64,000 nt of DNA from a virus (taxonomy: Duplodnaviria; Caudoviricetes): positions 1 through 64,000 of the IMG/VR virus record IMGVR_UViG_3300028048_000106. One strand, given 5' to 3'. Each line of letters starts with the position of its first letter. Position 1 is the stretch's first letter. A program made the translations under genes and the position numbers. Below are positions 31,310 to 42,442 of this stretch, one piece after another. The notes below the pieces were generated by a model. The model had not been told where the DNA came from. It did no database searches and worked only from the letters and a program-made list of their open reading frames with translations.

Positions 31310-33024
31310 TGCACAAGAAAGCTAGACAAGACATGGATGAGACAAATAAAGAGATAGACATTGATGAGATTGCAGAAAAGTATGAAGAGCAGAGCTTCTT
31401 CAAGCGCTTGAAGACTATGTTCAGTGGGCTCAAGTGCTCAAAGTACTCTAGAGAGTACAAGCTTGCGCGGATTGAGCTGCAGCGACTCGCTGCTCCACTA
31501 GTTGCAGTAGTTGTGCCAACTTTGGTTGTTATAGTTCTCTGTGTCGTGACTATGGTATCTACGCAGCTGCTCCCAAAGATACCACTAGTGGACATTCCGG
31601 TGCCAGAGGATGATAAGGTGGACATTGTGGAGACGCCAGAAGAGCCTATTCCACCAGATGACCCAGAGCCAGTTGTCATTGATATTGTAGTGGATGCTCC
31701 ACCTTCTCCAACAGTTGAGCAGCCAACTGTTACTCCTCAGCCTTCAAATCCATCACAGGTCTTGACAACAAAGCCAGCAGCCGTTGATGCAGTTGCAAAT
31801 GTCAAGTCACCTGTTATGATGAAGAGCCTTAGAACATCTCGTACTCCAGGCCAGATAGGTGGTTTGACTAGAGGTGGTCCAAATGGAGGAGATCCAACAA
31901 CTGAAGCTACTGTCTTGAAGGTGTTGTGGTGGCTCAAAGACCAGCAGAACACTGATGGCAGTTGGGGCAAGGCAAATAGTGTTGCAAACACTTCACTTGC
32001 TGTGCTAACGTATCTTGCACATGGTGAGTATCCAGGCTCTGAGTCGCCATATAGAAAAGACTTTGGACCAGTTGTGCAGCTAGCAATAGACTATCTCATC
32101 TCTCATCTCAGGACTGATGTGCAGCCATGCAGATTTGATCCAACAGACAGCAATGAGTATAGCTTCTTGCTAGGAGCATATGCACTCAGCGAAGCATATG
32201 GAATGACCCAGAACCCAAACTGCAAAGATGCTGCTCTGCAATGCTTGTACAGGATTGTTGAGAACCAATCTTCTACTGGTGGATGGGACTACAAGCTCAA
32301 CAAGAACTCGACTCGTGATGACTTGTCATATGCTGGCTGGGCAATACAAGCTCTCAAAGCTGGAAAGATGGCCGGACTTCATCCAGAAGGCTTGCAGACT
32401 GCCATCAACAAGGCAATCAACTGCCTCAAGAAGCGCAGCTACTCGAAGTCTAGTGGCTTCACATACACTCCAACTTCTGGCAACAGTGGTGGCGCAACTG
32501 GCCTTGCGGGAGTTGGCACACTTGCAATGCAGCTTCTTGGAAGAGGCGGTGAGCAAGAAGTGCAGAATGCACTTGATGTCATGAGAGACTGGACGCCATC
32601 ATTTGACCCTGACAAGCTTTCTGCCAAGAAGCCTGGCAATAGCCCACAGTACTACTGCTACTATGCAACGCAGTGCAAGTACCAGGCAGGCATGAAGGCA
32701 GGAGCGCTAAAGAATGACGAGGTGACTTGGCAGCAGTGGAACTTAGCAATGAAGAAACTGTACACTGCGTCCATCATCGACTTGCCTGAACGAGTCCTTG
32801 ACTGGGCAGGAAAAGAGCACAAGCAAGGATACTTTGAGAACAAAGATGCGCATTCTACTCGTCCTTACATGGACACATGCTTGGCAGCGCTGCAGTTGAT
32901 GGTCTACTACCGCTACCTGCCAACGACTTCAGTCAAAGCTGGAGCAGAAGATCCTCAAGATGGAAAAGATGAGCAGAATGCGGTAGACAGCAAGAATGAT
33001 GTTGATGTGAAAGTTGACATCTGA
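31309..33024 (+). CDS. membrane-anchored prenyltransferase/squalene-cyclase (QW-repeat) alpha-barrel protein
   Basis: TM helix APLVAVVVPTLVVIVLCVV; Pro-rich linker; WLKDQQNTDGSW, ENQSSTGGWDY, TCLAALQLMVYYRYLP. Confidence 0.85.
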   Translation: MHKKARQDMDETNKEIDIDEIAEKYEEQSFFKRLKTMFSGLKCSKYSREYKLARIELQRLAAPLVAVVVPTLVVIVLCVVTMVSTQLLPKIPLVDIPVPEDDKVDIVETPEEPIPPDDPEPVVIDIVVDAPPSPTVEQPTVTPQPSNPSQVLTTKPAAVDAVANVKSPVMMKSLRTSRTPGQIGGLTRGGPNGGDPTTEATVLKVLWWLKDQQNTDGSWGKANSVANTSLAVLTYLAHGEYPGSESPYRKDFGPVVQLAIDYLISHLRTDVQPCRFDPTDSNEYSFLLGAYALSEAYGMTQNPNCKDAALQCLYRIVENQSSTGGWDYKLNKNSTRDDLSYAGWAIQALKAGKMAGLHPEGLQTAINKAINCLKKRSYSKSSGFTYTPTSGNSGGATGLAGVGTLAMQLLGRGGEQEVQNALDVMRDWTPSFDPDKLSAKKPGNSPQYYCYYATQCKYQAGMKAGALKNDEVTWQQWNLAMKKLYTASIIDLPERVLDWAGKEHKQGYFENKDAHSTRPYMDTCLAALQLMVYYRYLPTTSVKAGAEDPQDGKDEQNAVDSKNDVDVKVDI

Positions 33025-33153
33025 CATCTAGCATTGAAGTCTTCCAATCAACAGTAGAATGCCAATAGACTCAAAAGTCTTTGTTTAGTCTATTGTGCGT
33101 TTGCCATATAATAGATATGCTGTAAAACTACAATGAGGTAAATATAGTCTACT

Positions 33154-34455
33154 ATGGCAAATCTCAATGAATCATATGACCCTAAGTATCTTGTCTGTGT
33201 GACATCTAGCAACAACAACAAGTTCTATAGGATGCTTCCTGATCCTGACCAGCAAGGCTTCAGTGTTGAGTATGGACGAATTGGAGCCCCATCTTTCCGC
33301 ACTGACCACTACCCAATAGACATGTATTGGCGCAAGTATGATGAGAAGTTGAAGAAAGGGTATGTTGACCAGACAAACTTAGTGAAGGCAGCAGTTGCTG
33401 CAACTTCAGGAGAAGATGGATTCAAGGCGATTGCAGACAAGAGTGTGAATGAGCTTGTAAAAGCACTTAGGAAGTATGCAAGTGACACAATCAAGCAGAA
33501 CTACACAATATCGCAGAGTGCTGTCACACAAGAGATGCTTGACACAGCAAAAGAGCTCATTGACAAGTTGAATTCAATTGCAGATGGCTTGACTAAGGGG
33601 CAGTCAGCATATCAATTCAATGATGTGCTGATCAAGCTTTTCAAGACAATCCCTCGTAAGATGAACAAAGTCAATGACTATCTCCTGCAGAGCAGCAATG
33701 CTAAAGATGCAGAAAAAGTCATTGACAGAGAGCAGAAGCTCTATGATGTGCTGTTGGCAAACTTCCAGACACAGCAGGCCACTGCAGCAAAAGACGCAGA
33801 CAGCAATAAGCAGTCAGGTGCTGGTCCAACAGAGACAATTCTTGAGAAGTTTGGCCTAGAGTGTGAACTAGTAGATGACCAAGCAAAGATCAACGAGATA
33901 AAGAGGCATCTTGGCCAAGTTGCATCAAAGTTCAAGAGAGCATTTGTTGTTGTCAACAAGAAGACTCAAGATGCATATTCAGCATTCATGGCTGCTAATC
34001 CAAAGTGCAAGACTAAGCTCTTTTTCCATGGATCAAGGAATGAGAACTTCTGGAGCATCTTGAAGAATGGCTTGCAGTTGAACCCTAAAGCATCAATAAC
34101 TGGAAAGCTCTTAGGCAATGGAATATACTTTGCTGAAAAAGCAGCAAAGTCAGTGAACTACACATCACTACGAGGGTCTTATTGGTCAAATGGCACATCA
34201 AGTGTTGGTTTCATGGCAGTCTTTGCAGTTGCATGTGACACAGCAAATGCATTCAACGTGTGGACCAACTCTGACATGAACAAGTGCTATGGCATGACTT
34301 GGGACAAGCTCCAGAAACTTCAGCCTGGCGCAACACATGTATATGCTCATAAGCAGTCGGCATCTCATCCTGGCTCATGGCTGAGAGAAGATGAGTTCTG
34401 TGTGTATCGTGAAGACCAATGCACAATTAGGTATCTCGTTGAGCTGGCTGTGTAA
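33154..34455 (+). CDS. PARP-family ADP-ribosyltransferase with WGR and regulatory domains
   Basis: NNNKFY..EYGRIG..KLKKGY (WGR); FFHGSR, GKLLGNGIYFA, SVNY, DEFCVY (H-Y-E triad). Confidence 0.9.
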   Translation: MANLNESYDPKYLVCVTSSNNNKFYRMLPDPDQQGFSVEYGRIGAPSFRTDHYPIDMYWRKYDEKLKKGYVDQTNLVKAAVAATSGEDGFKAIADKSVNELVKALRKYASDTIKQNYTISQSAVTQEMLDTAKELIDKLNSIADGLTKGQSAYQFNDVLIKLFKTIPRKMNKVNDYLLQSSNAKDAEKVIDREQKLYDVLLANFQTQQATAAKDADSNKQSGAGPTETILEKFGLECELVDDQAKINEIKRHLGQVASKFKRAFVVVNKKTQDAYSAFMAANPKCKTKLFFHGSRNENFWSILKNGLQLNPKASITGKLLGNGIYFAEKAAKSVNYTSLRGSYWSNGTSSVGFMAVFAVACDTANAFNVWTNSDMNKCYGMTWDKLQKLQPGATHVYAHKQSASHPGSWLREDEFCVYREDQCTIRYLVELAV

Positions 34456-34487
34456 AATATAACTTGAATATGCATAGGTGAGAAACA

Positions 34488-36317
34488 ATGGCACTGAATT
34501 GGAATCCTTTTAGAAGACGGACATCTGACTAGACAAGCTAGAACATCTAGAACAACCCTAACTACTAGACATTTGCCTAGGTGAACTAGGACATTCAAGC
34601 AATTGTCAATGCAAAGTCAGTTGTGTCAACTGCAGCAAAAGACTAGAACAGAAGATTTGCAAACCCTTCTTGGCAGACATTCTTTGATGGTGAGATACTT
34701 GCACTTCCTCTAGCAACAAACAAGTCTGAGCGGATTGACTAGTATAGACGCATCTCAAAGTACAACATCTGTGATTGGTGCTTTGATGAGATTGCAGATG
34801 ACTTCATACATGAAGATGAGAATGGTGACATAGTGAAGCTGTCTGTCCCTGACAGACTGTCAACAATGCAGAAAGACATTCTGCAGAATGAGTTCAACAA
34901 GTTCATGAACTTGTTCAAGATAAAAGAAGACGGCTACAACTTGATAAAGCGCTTCTTGACTGAAGGAGAGCTTGCGTGGGAGAATGTCATCAGTCCAGCC
35001 CACCCAGAGATGGGCATAATTGGAGTGAAGTTCTTGCCGGCTGAGTACTATGAGACATTGATTGACACATCAACAGCTCGACCTGTTGGCATTGTCTTTG
35101 ATGTTGGGTCATTTGCTGATGAGACACGGCAGATGTACAGGAACTCTTTTCAAGGAGCAGCATCTATATTCAATGCGGTGTATCCAACACAGTACAAGTT
35201 CACTTTCTCAAAAGACACATGCATACCACTGCTGTACAGCCAGATAACATACATAAACTCAGGTGAGTACTCACATGACTTCTTGATAACTTATCCATTG
35301 ATTGAGAAGGCAAAGCAAGCATACTACAAGCTAGCATTGCTTGAAGATGCTGCTGTGACTCTACGTGTGACTCGTGCTCCTGAAAGACTGCTGTTCAATG
35401 TGTCTACTGGAAGACTTGACTAGAATAGAGCAGATGAGTATGTCAGACGGTTTGCAAACAGCTTGCACTCAAAGAAAGTTGCTGCAAATGGTGGGCAAGA
35501 CATTGTCAGCACATATTCACCAATCACAATGTTGAAGTCATATATCTTTGGCAAGTCATCTGACTCAGAAGGGACAACTGTAGAGTCTGTTGGCTCATCA
35601 GCTGACTATGACTAGCTTGCTGACATTGAGTACTTCTTGAGAGCATTCTTGAAGATGTTCAAGGTGCCATTCTCTCGCTACAAGACACCAGAGAACACAA
35701 TTGAGAAGAATGATGCTATACCATATGAAGAGTACTCATTCAGCCGTATGATAATGCGCTTCTAGAGAAGATTTGCAGAAGGCTTCAAACGCGGATTCAT
35801 AACACACTTGAAGCTTCGTGGACTTTGGGACAAGAAAGACTATGGACTAAAAGACTCTGACCTGCAAGTCAACTTCACTGCACCTGTCCTCTATGACTTG
35901 TATGAGAAGTAGAAGTTGACAGAGGCAAAGATGGCAATCTACAAAGCTTTCACTGACAATGATGAGATGTCTAAGTCACTGTGCATGAAGAAGTACTTAG
36001 GCTGGTCAGATGAAGAGATAAAAGAGAACTACATGTCATTGATACTTGACAAGCAGTGGACTGCTGTTGCTGACATGATGAGCGAGCGCATATCAGATGA
36101 GAACCCACCCGTTGACATAGAGTCTCCTATGAAGTTGAAGAATGACGTTGACAAGCTAGAGAAGAGCATAGGAGGCTAGGACAATGCCAATAGCGAAGAG
36201 CCATCTAGTGGAGAAGCAGAAGGTGGAGAAGAGGCAGAGTCAAGTGAAGAGCCATCTAGTGAAGAGAAAGAAGAGCCAGCAAAAGAGGCTGAGACTCCAA
36301 CGTTTGGCCTTGGCTAA
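34488..36317 (+). CDS. portal protein (T4 gp20-like), TAG-recoded
   Basis: YRRIS..FDEIAD, LLEDAAVTLRVTRAPERLLFNVSTG, DIEYF..FKVPFSR; continuous frame to TAA 36317. Confidence 0.93.
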
Positions 36318-36356
36318 GAGCCTTAAGTGGCATTCTGCCAAGTAAATAGAAATGCA

Positions 36357-36593
36357 ATGACGCCTTATCAATATCAATACTATAGTTTTCTTGAAAATGC
36401 ACGCAAACGTGCATTATATCAACATAGTCTTGCAATGAATGCATTGACAGCAATACGTAGAGCTGTAAATGCTGGAATAGATCCACGGACAGATCCAGAT
36501 CTACATGGCTATTGGATATTGATAAGTGAAGATGACAGACAGCGGTTTATATCTGAGCTTGATGGCACTGTGTTTGTCACTGAAGGTGACTGA
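36357..36593 (+). CDS. small hypothetical protein
   Basis: GTAAATA at 36342; ATG 36357. Confidence 0.55.
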   Translation: MTPYQYQYYSFLENARKRALYQHSLAMNALTAIRRAVNAGIDPRTDPDLHGYWILISEDDRQRFISELDGTVFVTEGD

Positions 36594-36607
36594 AGACTAG
36601 CAGAGCA

Positions 36608-37273
36608 TCATTCACTTTTGCTTTGGCTGTCTAGTATCTTAGTTATCTAGTCTACACTCCAGTTTTTCTTTGATGTCTCAATTGCATCAGCATCTATGCT
36701 TTTAGGGCCTTCTTTTGCCAACATCAACTCTTTCTACAAGTCAGCTTTGTACCGTAGAAGCTCTTTCTTCTACTCTTTGTCAAATATTGCAAACTTGACT
36801 TTGTCTACAAAGTTCTACTTGTCACGATAGACTCCTATGAACTCAGCTATGCTTATGTGGATGCTCTCTACAAGCTTGCTGTATGCCTAGACTGCTTCAG
36901 AGTCTATCAAGGGTGTTGCCAGAATGCTTGAATGGACGTGCCTTATGACATCTTTAGACAAGTCAATGATATCTTCTAGCTCCTTTAGAGAATGGTCCAT
37001 TGACACCATCTGCACAGACAGCTCTGACATAGGCATAGACATGCACGTTGGCATAGCTGATATCTCAGCCATCTTGTCATGCATGTCTTGCTCTATAGAT
37101 GACAACTAGTCAATTGCTGACAATGCAGCATCTTTAGTTGGCACTGCGCTACTGAGAGAAAGACTGTCTAGAAAAGTGTCAATGTCTTGTCCACCAGTTA
37201 TCCCAAACACAGCATCAAGCTTCTCTTGCTGTGTTGCAATGTGTGGAGTGCTCTATCTACTGTTGTCAGTCAT
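36608..37273 (-). CDS. hypothetical protein, possible terminase small subunit (TAG-recoded)
   Basis: Continuous frame; helical core LEDIIDLSKDVI..DSEAVQAYSKLV resembles T4-like gp16. Confidence 0.45.
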
Positions 37274-37913
37274 TCTATGATCCACTCATTGAGTCATCAG
37301 AGCCAATGTACTGCCTAATGTAGTTGTTCAAGCTTGACTTAGGGTCAATCCCTTGATATGTCTCAAGCTCTGACAACAGCTGCTTCATGACTTCTTTTCT
37401 TATGTTCTACTGCTTGTAGTGCTTTGTTATAGTTGATATGTATGCATTCCAAGCACATGTACTGAAGTATGCAAATGGATTGTTGAACTCAAAGTTGTAG
37501 TTCTTGAGGCCTTTTATTGCTTTCACAAAGAAGAACCCCTTTGCATCTTCTTTCAACTCTTTAGAGTAGTTTCTGAACTCACTTCGATTGAGCATCTTGT
37601 CAGCAATTGCCATAAGCATCCTGCCAAGCTCTTCTGACAGGATGCGGTCTTCTACTTTCTTAGCTGAGTCACGCCACTTGACTAACTCTGCATGTAGTTC
37701 AGCTGATGTGCAGTAGAACCTCTCTTTGTTCTTTGGCTCAAGCTCTCCTGCTGCAGCTTTCTTAGCTTGTCTTTCTCTCTATATCTTCAGCTTTATGGCT
37801 TGTTTTTCAGCAAGTGTCAACTTCTTTGGCTGTTCTTTTTTCTACTTCTACTATTGCTTCTAAGTCTTCTTTGTAGACACATCAATAGTCTACTGCTTCA
37901 TCATTGCACACAT
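37266..37913 (-). CDS. late-transcription sigma factor (T4 gp55-like), TAG-recoded
   Basis: FYCTSAEL..KW, LGRMLMAIA..FRNYS..AIKGLKNYN..NPFAYFSTCAWNAY; eight TAG, six in the first 45 codons. Confidence 0.9.
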
Positions 37914-38002
37914 ATATTGTCTTTCTTTGATTTAAAGGTATAAAGGTATATACTTATATAGAGATATTGTACACCGCTTTTGGCTATCTCTAGATTTTTT
38001 TT

Positions 38003-38104
38003 GTGAACTAGTCACACCCTAAAGGACGTGATGTTTTTTGCCTAAGTGAACTCTATACTTAGCTAAAGACTGAGCATCTTTCTTGCTTGCCTAAAAGTAA
38101 ATAA
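38003..38104 (+). mobile_element. non-autonomous IS200/IS605-like end remnants: two tandem GTGAACT-hairpin(CTAAAG loop) units
   Basis: First unit matches 23070-23103; 3' part TGAGCATCTTTCTTGCTTGCCTA is identical to 22226-22248. Confidence 0.55.
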
Positions 38105-38136
38105 ACGCTGTTAACAACTTATTTAGCATAAACACT

Positions 38137-39396
38137 ATGGTAGACATCCGCAATGAGATAGACAAGATTGTCTTAGTAGAGTCATTTTCATCAAAGAAGC
38201 CACACATTTTCAATGATGACAAGACAACATTCAAGCAGTTGAAAGACTTGTTCACTAGCATATTTGACTCACGAGTCATAAAGTTCTCAAGAAAAGTCCC
38301 TAAACTAGACGCATATTTGACTGTCAAAGATGGCAATTGGTTTGTGTCATCTTACCTTAGGCCAGAGCAGCAGTACCCTATTGGCAATGCCTCAAAGCTG
38401 CATGAGTCTGATGCTGACTCAAAAGATGCTGTCTAGAAGACATTTGACAGCATTGTTGAGTCACTTCAGTCTATTGACCCTGTGCTATTGAACAGGTTCT
38501 TTGCAAATGGCAGCAACCGCCTGCACATACTGCTAGTGTGCCCACCAGATGGATGCTCTAAGCTGTATGGTGGAAAGTGCTTCACAGAGTATGGTGGCAT
38601 TGACTGCTTCAATGATGGCAAATGCGTAGGTGATGACAAGAAGTCTAGCTTTGAGCTGTATAAGATATTGAAAGCTTGCCCAACACTGAAGTGCGAGTTT
38701 GCTGAGTTGACACCTGAACAGCTCACTGCAATAAAGTGCTGCAAAGATGAGAGAGCCATTCTAAAGCAGCTAGTTGACTAGTTGGCAAGACTAGTTGACG
38801 GCATTGGCTGGGGATGCTCAATACGTGACTATGTGCAAGACCGCTACTCTCGCTATCTAGTCAACAAAGCGCTTGAGCACAATCTTGATGTGTCAAAGAA
38901 AGGAGCACTTGTTGATGAGCTTACATCTCGTCTAAGTGGGACATCAACTCTTAGGCCAACTAAGTCTGACCTCGCAACATTTGCAAAACGTGAAGGGATT
39001 GATGTCAAGTCAGACGACTACAAGGCGTTTCTTGATGACATTGAGCAGAATGCGGCAATGACAAACAAAGACATCATGTCTCCAATTGAGAATGCAATAT
39101 ACTTTGCAGTGTCAAACATTGTCCAAGCACTGCTAAGCTACATCAGTCTTGACCCTAACCCAAAGGCAAAGAAGCTTGCACAGTAGACAGCAAGAGACTT
39201 GTTTGCTGCATGTGACTCTATTGAGAAGTGCTCTTTTGACAGCAGCAAGCTAGATGGAATGAAGAAAGCTCTTGCAAAGCTGTGCTCTTACAAAGAGTTT
39301 GCTCCAAAAGAAGTCAGGTTTGTCAACAATGGCATTCCATACACTGTGGCATGCGAATGTGAGAAGCTTGATGCAATGTGCAAGACAATTGCTTGA
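38137..39396 (+). CDS. hypothetical late protein (TAG-recoded)
   Basis: Four code-11 ORFs in one frame joined by TAGs; GTAAATA at 38097. Confidence 0.8.
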
Positions 39397-39407
39397 AAGG
39401 GCGCACG

Positions 39408-40421
39408 ATGACAACTGACAGCATACTAGAGTGCATAAGCATCGACATAGATGATAGCATGCTGAAAGATGCAAAGATTGCAGCATACATGGCAAACTAG
39501 TCAATGCCAACATCATCTGGAAAAGTGAAGCCATACTCTCCTAAGTCATTTCCTGACAAAGCGTGCATTGTCTAGTTCAACTATGGTGCTGTGCCAGTAA
39601 CAATATATCTTGACACTAAGGCCAAAGCCTGGAACTCAAGCTTCATCCAAGATGGCCATATTGCAAAACTAGCACCTGAACAGCTAGACGGGTTCTTCTC
39701 TACAAAGTTCTATGCAAAGCTTGTTGATGCATTGGCAAGAAAATGGCCAACAAAAGACCCACAGTATGCTGACTTGTACAAAGCAGTGCTAGACTGCGCT
39801 TGCACAACCGAGATAAGAGAAGATGAGGCTCTATGTGCTGGAAGAATTGATGAAGTTGACTAGCCTGGCAAGAAGAAAGAGCTTGCAAACAAAGATGTTG
39901 ACAACGACAACAAGAGAGACTATGCTGGGTCTGGACGAAAGATTGTCCACTTCTCAGACATGGGAGTGAGCAGCAAGTCAGGTGAGTACTTCTGCTGGCC
40001 TCGCAAAGGCAAAGAGTTCAAGTGGAACTCTTGGAAAGATTGGCACAAGCTGAAGCCATTCGCAAAGATGTACTTCAAGCACAATGGCCGAAAGTACATG
40101 ATATCTCTTTCACTGTTTGATGAGCAGTTTGACCACCGCGGGTTCCGTGGAGCAGATGTTGACTGGACACCGCCATTTGCATGGACAACACCTGAAGAGT
40201 GTGATGAGATCATGCAGTTGTCTATTGTCAAGAAGTTCTTGAAGCAATGCATAAAGCGTGTGAAGCCATACATAGAGATGGACCCTGAAGAAGTGCTTAA
40301 GAAGATAGACAAGCCTGAACGAGTTGACATAAAAGAGATAGAGAAGACATAGCGCGTGATAAAGCATGTACTGAAGTCTGTGTTCAAAGAACAGTAGGCA
40401 GATGACTACAAGTATGATTGA
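39408..40421 (+). CDS. hypothetical late protein (TAG-recoded)
   Basis: Continuous frame ATG 39408 to TGA 40421. Confidence 0.75.
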
Positions 40422-40445
40422 CATAATTCAACTAAGGACAAAGAC

Positions 40446-41447
40446 ATGAAGAACTATAGAAGAGGAAGCATGCACAACTTTACTGTGCGGTACAAGACAA
40501 GACGCAATGAGTCTACTATTGTGTGGGAAGGCTAGGCGTAGACTATAGAGCAAGCATTGCTCACTTGCCAAAGTACAGAAGATGATGGCATTGCACTTGT
40601 TGAATACATTGACATTGATGGTGAAGAGCTAAGCAGCGCTGCGATTGACAAGATAAACAAAGAGCATTTTGCTGAAGTTGATGAGTGCGATGGTGGAGGA
40701 GCTGCGGCCGGTGGAGATGCTGGTGGAGCTAGTGCTGGAGGAGATGCTGGAGCAGTTGCTGTTGATGCTGGAGACACTGCTGGTGAGATGGCAGGGACTT
40801 CTACTGCTGATGTCATTGGCGGCACATTTGACCCTAAAAAGGGAGTCATGGGTGTTGGCAACTTCATGGTTCCATCTAAAGTAAAAGTCCCACTCCATAG
40901 ATGGGAAGTGTGCAATGGTGGCTCAAAGCGCAAGAAAGACAAGAAAGGCAAAGACAAGAAGTATGCCTATGAGAAAGGCATGAAAGTTGTTGTTGACATG
41001 CTTGAGAAAGATGGCAATGGTGGAAGTCCAACATCTGGCAAGAAGAAGATCTTCTCAAGACTGAAGCGCATATCTAAAGGCGTGAAGTCTATGGATGACG
41101 TGAAAGCTGTTGAAGCTAAGATAGAGAAAGAGAAGTCACAGATTGAAAGCCGATTCTCAAAGTCAAGCTACTCTTAGATCAAGTAGATGTTCACCGACTT
41201 CTGTGCATTCATCAAAGACATCTGCACTGGAAAATACAAGGCATCTTGGTTTGCTGTGACAATGGTCACGGTTGGCTTGATATACATCATCTCTCCAATT
41301 GACTTGATTCCAGATGTTGTTCCTGTTGTTGGCGTCATAGATGATGCATTTGTCTTGAAGCTTATATATGATACTGTAAAAGACGAGATTGGCAATTGGA
41401 AATCATAGAAGACTGCGAATGGCAGCAATAGAGCTTCAATGCATTGA
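40446..41447 (+). CDS. Gly/Ala-rich protein fused to C-terminal YkvA/DUF1232 membrane domain (TAG-recoded)
   Basis: 40557-41177 and 41187-41408 are in frame, separated only by TAGs; YIISPIDLIPDVVPVVGVIDD. Confidence 0.75.
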
Positions 41448-41496
41448 GCAGCTATGAAAGTACAATATCTTCATCTACATAGATGAGGATATTTGC

Positions 41497-42426
41497 ATGC
41501 AGAAAGAAGTTGTAGTCCTTGGTGGCAATGGGTTTCTTGGGTCAAATCTCTGTGAAGCTCTTTGGAAGAAAGGAATAAAGCCAATTGTCCTTGACAAGTC
41601 TCTTGGATGTGATCTTGCCACAGATATTGGACAAAATGCATTCAATGATGTTTTGTTGAATCTTTGCAATATTGACGACATTGATGTTGTCATGATGGCG
41701 GCTCGTCTTGGTGCAGAGCTTTTTGAGAATGACCCAATTCCACCGTATCTTGAAAACAAAGCTGTCAATGAGAAGTGCATAGAGACAATTCTTAATTTTT
41801 CAAATCCAACGTCTAAATTCCACATATCATTCTATTCTACTTCTGAAGTGTATGGCAATGTTGACCCATCTAATGTGCCAAAAACGCTGCTGCCAACAAT
41901 TGACCCTCTATATGGCCGTTCACTGTATGCGCAAGAGAAGCTTGCCACTGAGACAGTCTTGAACTGCCTTAGAGACACAAAGAAGATAGCATCTCTTAGA
42001 GTATTTAGGCCATTCAATGTCTCTGGAAAATGGCAGAGACGTGGAGTAGTGCATGGAATGGTCAAGTCAGCAGTCTACTGCAACAAGATAAGGTATGTGT
42101 CTGGCCAGACAAGAGAGATAACATTTGTGCAAGATGCGACAAAGATGGCTTTAGATGCAGTTCTTAGCAGAGAAGAAGGGACATTTGACTTGACATCGAA
42201 GAACCACATCAGTCTAAAAGACCTTGCATGGAGCATAAAAGATGTCTTAGCTATGTCGCATCCATTGAAATATGCTTCTGTCACTGTAGAAGAAGACCCT
42301 CCAATTGACTCATACATAAAGACACGAGGGACAGTCAATGCCATCTCAAGCATTGGTGGAATAAAAGCATTTGCCAAGAGACTGGCAGAAAGCCACATCA
42401 TTGAAGACATAGTGAACACTATGTGA
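41497..42426 (+). CDS. NAD-dependent nucleotide-sugar epimerase/dehydratase
   Basis: VLGGNGFLG, STSEVYG, YAQEK, RPFNVSG; no TAG. Confidence 0.88.
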   Translation: MQKEVVVLGGNGFLGSNLCEALWKKGIKPIVLDKSLGCDLATDIGQNAFNDVLLNLCNIDDIDVVMMAARLGAELFENDPIPPYLENKAVNEKCIETILNFSNPTSKFHISFYSTSEVYGNVDPSNVPKTLLPTIDPLYGRSLYAQEKLATETVLNCLRDTKKIASLRVFRPFNVSGKWQRRGVVHGMVKSAVYCNKIRYVSGQTREITFVQDATKMALDAVLSREEGTFDLTSKNHISLKDLAWSIKDVLAMSHPLKYASVTVEEDPPIDSYIKTRGTVNAISSIGGIKAFAKRLAESHIIEDIVNTM

Positions 42427-42442
42427 AGTAAATACTGTCTAT

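Noticed and set aside
31309-33024. Active squalene-hopene cyclase
   Set aside because: No DXDD motif and a single barrel; only QW-like repeats
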